A DNA stretch of 51,244 nucleotides, from positions 1 to 51,244 of the forward strand of contig JBHPDX010000003.1 in the NCBI GenBank assembly GCA_042577445.1, in the 5' to 3' direction. The notes beneath the pieces are model-generated. The model did no database searches and was not told the DNA's origin. It was given only the letters and a program-made list of their open reading frames with translations. Of this stretch, positions 28,270 through 38,308 are shown in pieces; position 1 is the first letter of the stretch, and the number at the start of each line of letters is the position of its first letter. The DNA comes from Candidatus Margulisiibacteriota bacterium (lineage in GTDB: Bacteria > Margulisbacteria > WOR-1 > CAVSGV01 > JBHPDX01). Both the position numbers and the translations under genes were made by a program.

Positions 28270-30489
28270 CTACTTTATCCCCAGTGATTTCAGCATATCG
28301 CTGGAAGCTATTATCTTACGGGGCTTATTGTCATTCTCAAGCGCGGAAACGATACCAGCAGCTTCCATCTCATCCATTAATCTCGCGGCGCGGTTATAGC
28401 CTATTCTAAGCCTTCTCTGCAGATGCGATGTTGAAGCCTGTCCGCTGCCGATTATTATCTTTACGGCTTCGGCAAAAAGGTCATCCCTGTTCCCTCCGTC
28501 GCCATTGCCTCCGCCTCCCGCCTCAACCATGGCTTCTAAGTCCATGATCTCTTCTGAATACTCGGGCTGGGCCTGATTTTTTATGAATTCCGTCACTTTT
28601 TCGATCTCGTCATCAGACACGAATGCACCCTGCAACCTTGTAGGCTTCATCGCGCCGACAGGATGATAAAGCATGTCGCCGCGGCCGAGAAGCTTTTCCG
28701 CGCCAGACATATCAAGGATAACGCGGGAGTCAACCTGCGTCGCCACTGCAAAAGCTATCCTTGACGGGATATTCGCCTTGATCAAACCCGTGATTACATC
28801 GACCGAAGGCCTCTGCGTTGCTACAACAAGATGTATCCCGGTAGCTCTTGCCAGCTGCGCTATCCTGCATATGGTCGTTTCAACTTCATTTGCAGCCACC
28901 ATCATAAGGTCCGCAAGTTCGTCTATGATCACGATAATATACGGCATTCTTTCATGGGCATATTCTTCCGTTTCAAACTTTCTCGAAGCGGGCTGAGCTT
29001 TACCCTGGTCGATCTTTTTATTGAACGCCGTAATATTCCTTACTCCTGCGGCATAGAAGGTCTTATACCTTCTGTCCATCTCCTTGATAACCCAGCCCTT
29101 AAGCATTTGCGCTGCTTTTTTGGGATCTGTGACAACAGGAGCAAGTAAATGGGGTATATCGTTATAATGAGTGAACTCAACCATCTTGGGATCGATCATA
29201 AGGAACTTGACCTCATCAGGCCTTGCCCGGAGCAGCAGGCTCATAAGAAGCGAGTTGATACAGACGCTCTTACCGGATCCTGTGGTACCAGCGATAAGAA
29301 GGTGAGGCATTTTTGACAGGTCGCCGAAAACAGGAGATCCGGAAAGGTTCTTTCCCAGACCAATAAATAACTTGGAGGCATTAGTATCGAATTCTTTCGT
29401 ATGGGCGATCTCCCCGAGTTTTACGGCAAGCGTTGCAGGATTGGGAACTTCTATTCCGACGGCCGCCTTGCCCGGAATAGGCGCCTCAATCCTGACCCCC
29501 TGGGAAGCAAGCCCGAGGGAAATATCATCAGCGAGGTTCGCGATCTTGCTGACCTTGACGCCCGGATCAGGCTGGACCTCATACCTGGTCACCGCCGGCC
29601 CCTGGTGCACCGCAACGACCTTTGCCCCAACGCCGAAAGATTTGAGCGTCTCTTCAAGAGCTTTCTTCCTTATTTCCACTGTTTCCTTCAGCTTTTCAGC
29701 TCTCTGCTTTTCACGCTCCGTCGGCTGGTCAAGAAGGTCCAGTGAAGGAAGTTGATATTTGCCTATTCGCTTCGTTGTTCTTGGCCTCGAGATAGGTTTG
29801 GCCTTTGGGGATCTTAATTCGATCTTCTTTTGCGGCTTGTCTTCTTCTTCGAACTCATCCTTTATCGCATTGATCTCCTTGATAATAGGCATCATGGAAG
29901 GAATGGATCTGTGGCCGTCATCGGCTATAGACTTCTTTTTCCGCTTCATCCTTTTCCCGCTGAAAATATAATCCCATAATTTCGACAACATATTCGCTAA
30001 TGTAATATTGAATATAAGGACAATAGATATTATAAAGGCTGAAGAAAGAACGATATAAGCCCCAACGTTGCCGACAGCTCCTTCCAACCCGTTCTTTACA
30101 ATATATCCTATAACTCCCCCCGCTCCTGAAGTGGAGGAGATGATCTTGTTGAAATATTTATCCGAATATAGCTGAGCTTGAGCAACAATAGTAAAGAACA
30201 AGAGAAATATGCCGGCGACCTGATAAGTAAGGAATATGGCCTGCTGGCGGAGCATTATAACGATGCCGAAGAACGCCAGGAAGTAAGGTAAAAGGTAAAC
30301 GCCGACGCCGACGGCCGGCTTCAAGAATTGGTCTACCATATAAAAACCCACGACGCCGGTCGAAGTGGTCACATTGGACATAAAAATAAAGAGGGCTAAC
30401 GATATTAAAGCGATGCCGATAATATCCTGCTTAAACCTGGCGCTGGAAGGTGACTTTTTCTTTTTTTTCTTCTTCTTTTTTTTAGGCAA
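28270..30489 (-). CDS. ftsK: DNA translocase FtsK/SpoIIIE
   Basis: N-terminal 4TM, GPAVTRYE, PHLLIAGTTGSGKS, IDELADLM, ATQRPSVDV, gamma domain LQRRLRIGYNRAARL. Confidence 0.97.
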   Translation of the reverse strand: MPKKKKKKKKKKSPSSARFKQDIIGIALISLALFIFMSNVTTSTGVVGFYMVDQFLKPAVGVGVYLLPYFLAFFGIVIMLRQQAIFLTYQVAGIFLLFFTIVAQAQLYSDKYFNKIISSTSGAGGVIGYIVKNGLEGAVGNVGAYIVLSSAFIISIVLIFNITLANMLSKLWDYIFSGKRMKRKKKSIADDGHRSIPSMMPIIKEINAIKDEFEEEDKPQKKIELRSPKAKPISRPRTTKRIGKYQLPSLDLLDQPTEREKQRAEKLKETVEIRKKALEETLKSFGVGAKVVAVHQGPAVTRYEVQPDPGVKVSKIANLADDISLGLASQGVRIEAPIPGKAAVGIEVPNPATLAVKLGEIAHTKEFDTNASKLFIGLGKNLSGSPVFGDLSKMPHLLIAGTTGSGKSVCINSLLMSLLLRARPDEVKFLMIDPKMVEFTHYNDIPHLLAPVVTDPKKAAQMLKGWVIKEMDRRYKTFYAAGVRNITAFNKKIDQGKAQPASRKFETEEYAHERMPYIIVIIDELADLMMVAANEVETTICRIAQLARATGIHLVVATQRPSVDVITGLIKANIPSRIAFAVATQVDSRVILDMSGAEKLLGRGDMLYHPVGAMKPTRLQGAFVSDDEIEKVTEFIKNQAQPEYSEEIMDLEAMVEAGGGGNGDGGNRDDLFAEAVKIIIGSGQASTSHLQRRLRIGYNRAARLMDEMEAAGIVSALENDNKPRKIIASSDMLKSLGIK

Positions 30490-30574
30490 GTTGCGGCACC
30501 TCTAAGTAAAAAAAGTATAACATAATCGATATATGAGTTCAATTGAAGCGCTTATGGATCAAGCAAAAGAGCTG

Positions 30575-31405
30575 TTAGAAGAAGGATTTCAGGACAACAA
30601 AAGATCCGACAATGAAGCAGTAATACGCAAAGATGGATATCTTTTTCTTTTTTATCAGGCCTATGAAGAATCCGATAGCAAAATATCCCGAGATGAACGC
30701 GGACACAACGCCAAGCAATAAAGGAACGGCTCCTACCCCTTTAAAACTCAATTCCATAATATCCTTCAGCTCATAAATAGTTGCACCGACTATCGCCGGG
30801 ATCGAAAGAAGAAAGGCGAACCTTGCAGCCAGAGGCCTTTTTAATCCTCTTAGAAGGGATGCGGAAACCGTCAGACCGGACCTTGATAAGCCGGGCGCAA
30901 CGGCCATCCCCTGGAACACGCCGATATATATCGCGTCCAGCATGCTCATTTCCTTTTCAGACTTTATGGACCTTGATATCCTCTCAGCGTGCATAATGAT
31001 TATGCCTGTAATTATAAGAAAGCATCCGACCGCAAGAAGTGAATTAAATAACATTTCGAACCAATCCTTGAACGAAAGGGCTATTATAACGGTCGGGATA
31101 GTGCCGACGATTATGAGGGTAGCGATCTTAAAATAAGGGTCGTCATAGGTTTCGCTGATCTTTTTCTTTTTAAGGATCAGTCCGAACAATCCTCCGAAGA
31201 AATTCTTGGTCAACAGGATCATATCTTTAAAGAAATAAACAAGTACTGCAAGTAGCGTCGCAAAGTGCACCACGGTAATGAAAGCGAGGTCCGGTTTAAG
31301 CCCTAAAATATTGGAAGTGATAACAAGATGCCCGGAGCTGGAAACAGGAAGGAATTCTGTAAGCCCCTGAACAATGCCTAAAAGAATACTTTCAAATATG
31401 CTCAA
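30575..31405 (-). CDS. uppP: Undecaprenyl-diphosphatase
   Basis: QGLTEFLPVSSSGH, PGLSRSG, FAFLLSIPA. Confidence 0.96.
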   Translation of the reverse strand: MSIFESILLGIVQGLTEFLPVSSSGHLVITSNILGLKPDLAFITVVHFATLLAVLVYFFKDMILLTKNFFGGLFGLILKKKKISETYDDPYFKIATLIIVGTIPTVIIALSFKDWFEMLFNSLLAVGCFLIITGIIIMHAERISRSIKSEKEMSMLDAIYIGVFQGMAVAPGLSRSGLTVSASLLRGLKRPLAARFAFLLSIPAIVGATIYELKDIMELSFKGVGAVPLLLGVVSAFISGYFAIGFFIGLIKKKKISIFAYYCFIVGSFVVLKSFF

Positions 31406-31407
31406 GA

Positions 31408-32298
31408 TTACCCTTTCTTACCCCATTTGGTAAGAAGAACAAGGACGGGACTGGCAACAAAGATGGAAGAATAAGCGCCTGCGGTGAATCCTATAAAAAG
31501 AGTTAAAGCAAAATTCTTGATCGTCGCGCCGCCAAAAAGAAGAAGAGCGGCATTCATAAAAAGGACCGTCAAAACAGTATTGATCGATCTGGCGAAAGTC
31601 TGGTTCACGCTTTCATTCACGATATCTTTAAGCGGTCTCTTTGCCGAACCTGCTTTCGCGAGGTTCTCCCTGATCCTGTCAAAGATGACTATCGTATCAT
31701 TAATAGAGTAACCAAGTACCGTAAGTATCGCCGCTATAAAAGGCGTATCAACAGGACGCCATAATATCGCGATAAACCCGACCGTTATTATCGCGTCATG
31801 TGAAAGAGCAATGATAGCTGCCACCGCATACTTGAACTCGAACCGGAAGGCTACATATATAAGGATGCCTATCATAGCGACCATAAGCGCCCAGAAAGCC
31901 TGGCGCCTCAGCTCCGCGCCTATGACCGGCCCGATGGTGTCCGCCTCCAGAAGCACCGTCCCCGGGAATTTTTCCTTAATATCATTGACTATGTCTTCTC
32001 TCTCTTTTGTCGGAAGCGGCTCGGTCTTTATGATAAGATCATACCCTCCGCTCCTCTGTATCACGGCGTTCGCCCTATTATACTTACCTAATATCTCTCT
32101 TACTTCCTCAAGAGAGACCAGCTCTTGAAGCCTCAAGTTAAGGGTCGTGCCTCCCGTAAAGTCGATGCCAAAGTTCATCGGGCTGCCCTTGAACATGCCG
32201 TTCGAAATAAGACCGAACAGGCCGATAACAATGAATATCGCCGATATAATGAACCAGAGCCTTGTTTTGCCTATAATATCTATTGCGCCTAGCTTCAT
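31408..32298 (-). CDS. secF: Protein translocase subunit SecF
   Basis: GIDFTGG, IGPVIG.EL, HDAII, GYSINDTIVIFDRIRE. Confidence 0.96.
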   Translation of the reverse strand: MKLGAIDIIGKTRLWFIISAIFIVIGLFGLISNGMFKGSPMNFGIDFTGGTTLNLRLQELVSLEEVREILGKYNRANAVIQRSGGYDLIIKTEPLPTKEREDIVNDIKEKFPGTVLLEADTIGPVIGAELRRQAFWALMVAMIGILIYVAFRFEFKYAVAAIIALSHDAIITVGFIAILWRPVDTPFIAAILTVLGYSINDTIVIFDRIRENLAKAGSAKRPLKDIVNESVNQTFARSINTVLTVLFMNAALLLFGGATIKNFALTLFIGFTAGAYSSIFVASPVLVLLTKWGKKG

Positions 32299-33623
32299 TT
32301 TAATACCATCTTGCTTTCTGTTTTAAGCATTCCGGAGCCGGCTGCCATCTCCATCATCATTCTTGTCACAAGTATCGCCGTTAACATAGAGACAACGATA
32401 CCAATGGAGAGCGTTACCGCAAAACCTTTTATAGTGCCGGTACCCAGCCAGAACAATGTTGCCGCAGCGATAAGTGTCGTGATATTCGCGTCAAGTATCG
32501 TGGTGAGAGCGCGCTTAAAGCTTGTTTCGATCGCAAGCCTTATTGTTTTTCCCAGCCTTAGCTCCTCTTTCAGCCTTTCAAAAATGATGATATTGGCGTC
32601 CACAGCCATGCCTATAGAAAGAAGGAATCCGGCGATCCCGGGAAGCGTAAGCGTTGTATGGATCAGTGCCAGGACCGCAAGAACGACCAAACAATAAATT
32701 GTAAGGGCTATGTCCGCCAGGAGTCCCGGCAACCTATAGTATGCCACCATGAAGAATAAAATGAACGCGAGCCCTATGATGCCCGCAACCTTGCTCTTAT
32801 CTATCGAATCTTTGCCGAGCGTCGGGCCGATTATCTTGTTCTCGACGATCTCAACGGGAACAGGAAGCGCGCCGGCCTTGAGTTTTATCACCAGGTCCTG
32901 CACTTCTTCAATGGTAAAGTCTCCGGAGATCTGGGCTTTTCCGCTTGGTATAGGCTCTCTTACGTTGGGAGCGGAAATTATCTTTTTATCCAGAAGAATG
33001 GCAATGGGCTTGCCGACAGATCTGGTCGTAACGCTTGCGAATCCCTTTGCGCCGTCAGGCGTGAATTCAATGTCCACGACCGGATTGCCGTACTGATCGA
33101 TCCCCGGCCACGAACCCTTAAGGTCTGCACCGGTAAGTATCGTCTTTTTTAAGATGATAGGCCTCTGCCGGATAAGCTTTGTCCCTCGATATTCCTTTAC
33201 TATTTCCAAATAAGCGTCTTTCCCGTAAAACTCTCTCACCTTTTCAGGAGGAAGGACCGATTCGTCTCCGGGCGCCCACTCCGCTTCCTTGAATTCAAGA
33301 AGCGCCGTTTCCCCGATCAGCCTTATAGCTCTTTCGGGATCTTTCACGCCGGGAAGCTCAATGATGATCTGGGACCGGCCCTTTCGGGTAATGAGAGGCT
33401 CTGTAACGCCGAGGGCATCTATCCTGTTCCTTATAACAGCCAGGGCTCCGGCAACCGCGTCCTCGGTCACTTTTACGGACTTTGTCTCTCTGGCTTCAAG
33501 TACAAGCCTGGTACCGCCCTGAAGGTCAAGGCCAAGGGTGATCGGCATCTGGTATATTATGAATACCGATATCCCGATGACCGCCGCTATTATTAAGAAT
33601 CTTAACTGGTTTGTGCTCTTCAT
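32295..33623 (-). CDS. secD: Protein translocase subunit SecD
   Basis: LGLDLQGG, RNRIDALGVTEP, GALP, GPTLG, GMAVDANIIIFER. Confidence 0.96.
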   Translation of the reverse strand: MKSTNQLRFLIIAAVIGISVFIIYQMPITLGLDLQGGTRLVLEARETKSVKVTEDAVAGALAVIRNRIDALGVTEPLITRKGRSQIIIELPGVKDPERAIRLIGETALLEFKEAEWAPGDESVLPPEKVREFYGKDAYLEIVKEYRGTKLIRQRPIILKKTILTGADLKGSWPGIDQYGNPVVDIEFTPDGAKGFASVTTRSVGKPIAILLDKKIISAPNVREPIPSGKAQISGDFTIEEVQDLVIKLKAGALPVPVEIVENKIIGPTLGKDSIDKSKVAGIIGLAFILFFMVAYYRLPGLLADIALTIYCLVVLAVLALIHTTLTLPGIAGFLLSIGMAVDANIIIFERLKEELRLGKTIRLAIETSFKRALTTILDANITTLIAAATLFWLGTGTIKGFAVTLSIGIVVSMLTAILVTRMMMEMAAGSGMLKTESKMVLK

Positions 33624-33655
33624 AAAAAACAGAGGGATTATAACATAAATAACAA

Positions 33656-33722
33656 AGAGATGGGAGATAAGAAATCTGAGATGCGATCATATATCACATC
33701 TCCCATCTCTGATCTCGGATCT
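33656..33722. repeat. Inverted heptamer-repeat hairpin
   Basis: AGAGATG GGAGATA AGAAATC TGAGATG ... CACATCT CCCATCT CTGATCT CGGATCT; perfect 13-bp IR 33656-33668/33698-33710. Confidence 0.7.
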
Positions 33723-34817
33723 CTATATTAGAAGATGTTTATTCCCGACATATACATGCCTCAAGCCGGCTTTCTTGGCTGCCTTTAAGGCAGTCTCGGC
33801 AAGCCTCTTGGACGTAGGCGGAACATCATACATATAGAATTGCGGATAAAAGGCAAGTAAACAATACGGGATATTGGGGTCTATTTTAGCTATGAACTTT
33901 GCGATATGGGATATCTCCTGAACATCTATATATCCCGGGACCAGAAGAGTTGAAGCGACAAGAAGCGGCGGCTGCCTGCGGCTCTTCCCCATTTTGGCCA
34001 CAGCTTTAAAATTGTTGAATGTCCACTTATTCGATACACCAGTCAGCGCATAATGCAGGTGATCATCGTAAGCCTTCAGATCTATCTTGACCGTCCCGCC
34101 GGACATAAGGGCCATTTCCGCGAACTCCTTCATTATATCCTCGTTCATCGCACCGTTGGTCTCAAAGCATACGCGGAAGATCTGCCCTTTTTTCTTCTCA
34201 CGCATTATCTTTGCCGCTTTCAGCGCGTGATATATCTGCGGCGTCGGATCTCCCCCGAAAAAGCACACGCAGGGAGTCCTTTCATCGACCTGAGAAGCAA
34301 GCTCCTCCGGCGTTACCACATGCGGCTGGGTCAGATAATCCCTAAAATGCCAGTTCTGGCAGAAGAGGCAGTCGAACGAACAGGCTCCGTAAAAGACCGC
34401 CAGGCTCTTGAAGCCGGTCTCGGGACCGCTCTTATTCGCGTATTTTGGATAACCGGCGCCGGTACATCCCGCACATACGCCGTCCGCCACGCAGTTCGTA
34501 GGCAGCTTTTCAAAGTAATAATTAAGTGTAGCTCCGCCAAAGTCGACGAGCTTTCCGCCCTCATTTTTCCTTACGCCGCAGTATCCCCTCTTCCCTCTGC
34601 CGATCCTGCATTGATTTATACAGATATCGCACGGGATGCCGGCTTTATCCTTGGGGGGTTTTGCCGGAAGATGATGCTCCAGCCGGCAGCGTTCATGCGT
34701 CGCTTCAATGATCTTCCTTGCTTTATGGAATTTAGTCCTTATGCAGTCCAGGCAAACGCCCAGTTCTTTTGATATTATCTCTTTTTTTTCTCCGCAGACC
34801 TTACAGTTGCTATCCAT
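33723..34817 (-). CDS. Radical SAM enzyme (AmmeMemoRadiSam / PFL-activase-like)
   Basis: CSFDCLFCQN (CxxxCxxC), CDICINQC..GYCGVR, FGGDP, ETNG, IDLKA. Confidence 0.88.
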   Translation of the reverse strand: MDSNCKVCGEKKEIISKELGVCLDCIRTKFHKARKIIEATHERCRLEHHLPAKPPKDKAGIPCDICINQCRIGRGKRGYCGVRKNEGGKLVDFGGATLNYYFEKLPTNCVADGVCAGCTGAGYPKYANKSGPETGFKSLAVFYGACSFDCLFCQNWHFRDYLTQPHVVTPEELASQVDERTPCVCFFGGDPTPQIYHALKAAKIMREKKKGQIFRVCFETNGAMNEDIMKEFAEMALMSGGTVKIDLKAYDDHLHYALTGVSNKWTFNNFKAVAKMGKSRRQPPLLVASTLLVPGYIDVQEISHIAKFIAKIDPNIPYCLLAFYPQFYMYDVPPTSKRLAETALKAAKKAGLRHVYVGNKHLLI

Positions 34818-34844
34818 ATAGAGCGAATATTATCACCTAAAAAG

Positions 34845-34872
34845 TGAAATTTCATTAAGTTTCTGCCGATAA
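34845..34872 (+). promoter_or_regulatory. sigma28/FliA-like promoter motif (copy 3, perfect -10)
   Basis: TGAAA-N15-GCCGATAA. Confidence 0.7.
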
Positions 34873-34911
34873 ACAAGGGTCTGATGATTTTTTTAAAAGG
34901 AGAAAATAATA

Positions 34912-35520
34912 ATGATAAGACCTGCAGGATTACTGGCATCAAAAATAACCGTAAGCAAAATATGCGGTACGATAAGCAGCAAGGTCCCCGGGCCTGTAAA
35001 GGAGTTCCAGGAAGCATATCCGAATCTTGTAGTGCTTGCTTCACAAAAGAGATTGGACAGCCTGAAAAATTCTCATTTCTTAGGTATGCAGGGAACAAAG
35101 CTTCGAAAATATCTAGCTGCTGTGGTCAAGAAGCATGAATGGAGTAATGGAGACGGCGTCTATGAAAAAATGACAAAAGACGGCCTGACATTCGGCCAAT
35201 TCTACATGGCTACAGCGGTCGAAGGGAAACAGGAGCTTGTGACCTTTTTTGCTGAAAGGCATTTAATAGAAACGCTGGAAGCTGAATTCCGAAGGAACAA
35301 ACGCCCGATCATGATCAATGTTATATACCAGGGAAAGCAAAGAATGGTCATATTCAAAAGGTTCAAGACCTCTTATCACGACTGGAGAGAAACATATGAA
35401 GAACAAGCGCTGGCTGCAAAGCCCACTTCTACAAGATGGAAAAGCGAAGCCCCTGGCAGGCGCCATCCTTTTGTTCACCCTGGCATGCAAATAAAGGGTA
35501 CCTCTGTTAAAAAGGGTTAG
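34912..35520 (+). CDS. Orphan protein, paralog A
   Basis: 202 aa, SD AAGGAG; aligns by eye with 35810..36460. Confidence 0.8.
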   Translation: MIRPAGLLASKITVSKICGTISSKVPGPVKEFQEAYPNLVVLASQKRLDSLKNSHFLGMQGTKLRKYLAAVVKKHEWSNGDGVYEKMTKDGLTFGQFYMATAVEGKQELVTFFAERHLIETLEAEFRRNKRPIMINVIYQGKQRMVIFKRFKTSYHDWRETYEEQALAAKPTSTRWKSEAPGRRHPFVHPGMQIKGTSVKKG

Positions 35521-35526
35521 TTCCCG

Positions 35527-35718
35527 TTATTTATGCAGGTTAATGAAATTCCCGATCGAGCGGTCATAAGTTCTTTCAGCTTCCTTGGAAAAATAACAGG
35601 CGGGAAGCTCGTCCCTTTGAAGATGGTACTCGATACAATCGCAGCATTTGTGTTTTCTTGAGCAGGGCTCGTAGGTACAGTTGCACCTCTTTTTGTTGAT
35701 ATTTTGCTGGCATTCCAT
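35527..35718 (-). CDS. Small Cys-rich protein (DUF6485-like)
   Basis: [37 protein letters not shown]. Confidence 0.8.
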   Translation of the reverse strand: MECQQNINKKRCNCTYEPCSRKHKCCDCIEYHLQRDELPACYFSKEAERTYDRSIGNFINLHK

Positions 35719-35742
35719 ACATATAAATATATCACAAAAAAG

Positions 35743-35770
35743 TGAAATTTCACCTGACTTTTGGCGATAA
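35743..35770 (+). promoter_or_regulatory. sigma28/FliA-like promoter motif (copy 4)
   Basis: TGAAA-N15-GGCGATAA. Confidence 0.65.
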
Positions 35771-35809
35771 ATAAACTGAAGTTTGATAATTTTTTAAGGA
35801 GGAATTTTT

Positions 35810-36460
35810 ATGACAGGTGGAGCAGGAATCGGTAAGGTCCCAGGAAGACATATTGGACATAAAAAAATGGCCAGGCAAATCAAGACCGGTCAAATAACAC
35901 AAGGAGGTCCTTTTACCACTAACGGGATGTCGGACGTTAGGTCTTTTCTAAAAGCGCATTCTGATTTTACGGTATTCATGTCGCAAAGGAAACTAGAAGG
36001 CCTCTGCACAAAAGTAGTAGATATCGAAGGACAAAAATCCAGCTTGATATCCTTATATCTTGATGCGGTAGCTGGTTACGATTGGGATAACCAGCAAAAT
36101 CCTATCTATATTGCAATGCACAGGCATAAGCTTCATTTTGGTTTTATGCACGTTGTTATAAGTGCAAAAAGAGGACCTGAAAGAGTCACCTTTCTTGCGG
36201 AAGACCGCCTAATAAACCAATTAAAGCCCGGGCAAGACATTAGGGTCATGAAGGACGGGATAATGAAAAATGCCTCCTTTGTTGAGATCGAGAAGACCGG
36301 ACATGATTGGTGGATCGTTCACCGCGAGACCGTCCAAATGGGCCAAAGCCGTATTTCAATAGAGGTACAAAGACAGCAAGAAGAATTAGACAGAAGAGCA
36401 GCTAGAAGAGAAGAAGAGGAAGAGATTTTCCAGATTAGTATTAAAAAAACAGAAGGTTAA
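35810..36460 (+). CDS. Orphan protein, paralog B
   Basis: 216 aa, SD AAGGAGG; shares SQ.(K/R)L, YL.AV, W.N, L.FG, VTF.AE..LI and HDW with paralog A. Confidence 0.8.
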   Translation: MTGGAGIGKVPGRHIGHKKMARQIKTGQITQGGPFTTNGMSDVRSFLKAHSDFTVFMSQRKLEGLCTKVVDIEGQKSSLISLYLDAVAGYDWDNQQNPIYIAMHRHKLHFGFMHVVISAKRGPERVTFLAEDRLINQLKPGQDIRVMKDGIMKNASFVEIEKTGHDWWIVHRETVQMGQSRISIEVQRQQEELDRRAARREEEEEIFQISIKKTEG

Positions 36461-37062
36461 TCTCTCTTAATAACGCTTGCTTCCAGATATGCTGAGAGTG
36501 CCAGTACCGGCACGCAGACAATAAGATAAGCTTCCAGCTTCAAGAGCAGCAAATTCACTATATATATGTAACGGTAATTTGATGCTACGGATATAGCTAA
36601 TGATATCCCCATCCCCAGCGCAAGAGAAAAAGCAAGGACTTCGAGCACCAGCACAAGCGTGGAAAAAAGCATGATCTTGAAGGCCCTGCCCCCTGACACT
36701 TTTGCGGGAGGCTGAAAATTCTCACTTGTTCGAACCTGAGGAACAAAAACGCTGATACCGATATTCATCCCCGTCAAAAAAGCTATGATGAACGGCAGCA
36801 CCACAAATACCCCCGAAGACATATAAACAGCTATGGATATTGAATTGAACAGGAAGATGAAAAGGAATATCCTGATAAAGCCTGATCCGGGATTCACGAA
36901 TTTTGTTATCGTCTTTATGAACCACGAAGGAAATACCTTAAGGAACTTAATATTAAAATATTCGACCAGGAATGAAGAACAAAAACCTATAAAAAAGAGA
37001 AGCAGCGCGAACCAGCCGAAATAGAAGTTATCCTTAATGATATTGAGGGCATCCATATACAT
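36457..37062 (-). CDS. Polytopic membrane protein, SpoIIM/DUF95-like
   Basis: About 5 TM helices; FIFLFNS, G.N.G, LEVLAF, LSAYLEA pattern. Confidence 0.65.
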   Translation of the reverse strand: MYMDALNIIKDNFYFGWFALLLFFIGFCSSFLVEYFNIKFLKVFPSWFIKTITKFVNPGSGFIRIFLFIFLFNSISIAVYMSSGVFVVLPFIIAFLTGMNIGISVFVPQVRTSENFQPPAKVSGGRAFKIMLFSTLVLVLEVLAFSLALGMGISLAISVASNYRYIYIVNLLLLKLEAYLIVCVPVLALSAYLEASVIKRD

Positions 37063-37063
37063 A

Positions 37064-38170
<1,107 letters not shown>

Positions 38171-38192
38171 TTATACAGGATTAACTCTTATT

Positions 38193-38306
38193 TTTCAGCA
38201 TCAATTAATTTTTGGCGTTATATCAACCAATATTCAGCTTTTCCTCATAAAATAGCGTGCAAGTTTATGCCCTCCTAACACGAAAGATATATATAAGGGG
38301 GGGGAC
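38193..38306 (+). repeat. Diverged duplicated upstream region, copy A (includes motif copy 5, GCAAG-N15-CACGAAAG, 38259-38286)
   Basis: Shares TTTCAGCAT, TTTTTGGCGTTATAT, AATATTC, TGCAAGTT, GCCCTC, CACGA and TATATATAAGGGGG with 41896-42006. Confidence 0.8.
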
Positions 38307-38308
38307 AT

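Noticed and set aside
30533-30721. 62-aa plus-strand ORF
   Set aside because: It mostly overlaps the antisense 3' end of uppP and has no SD or sigma28-like motif.
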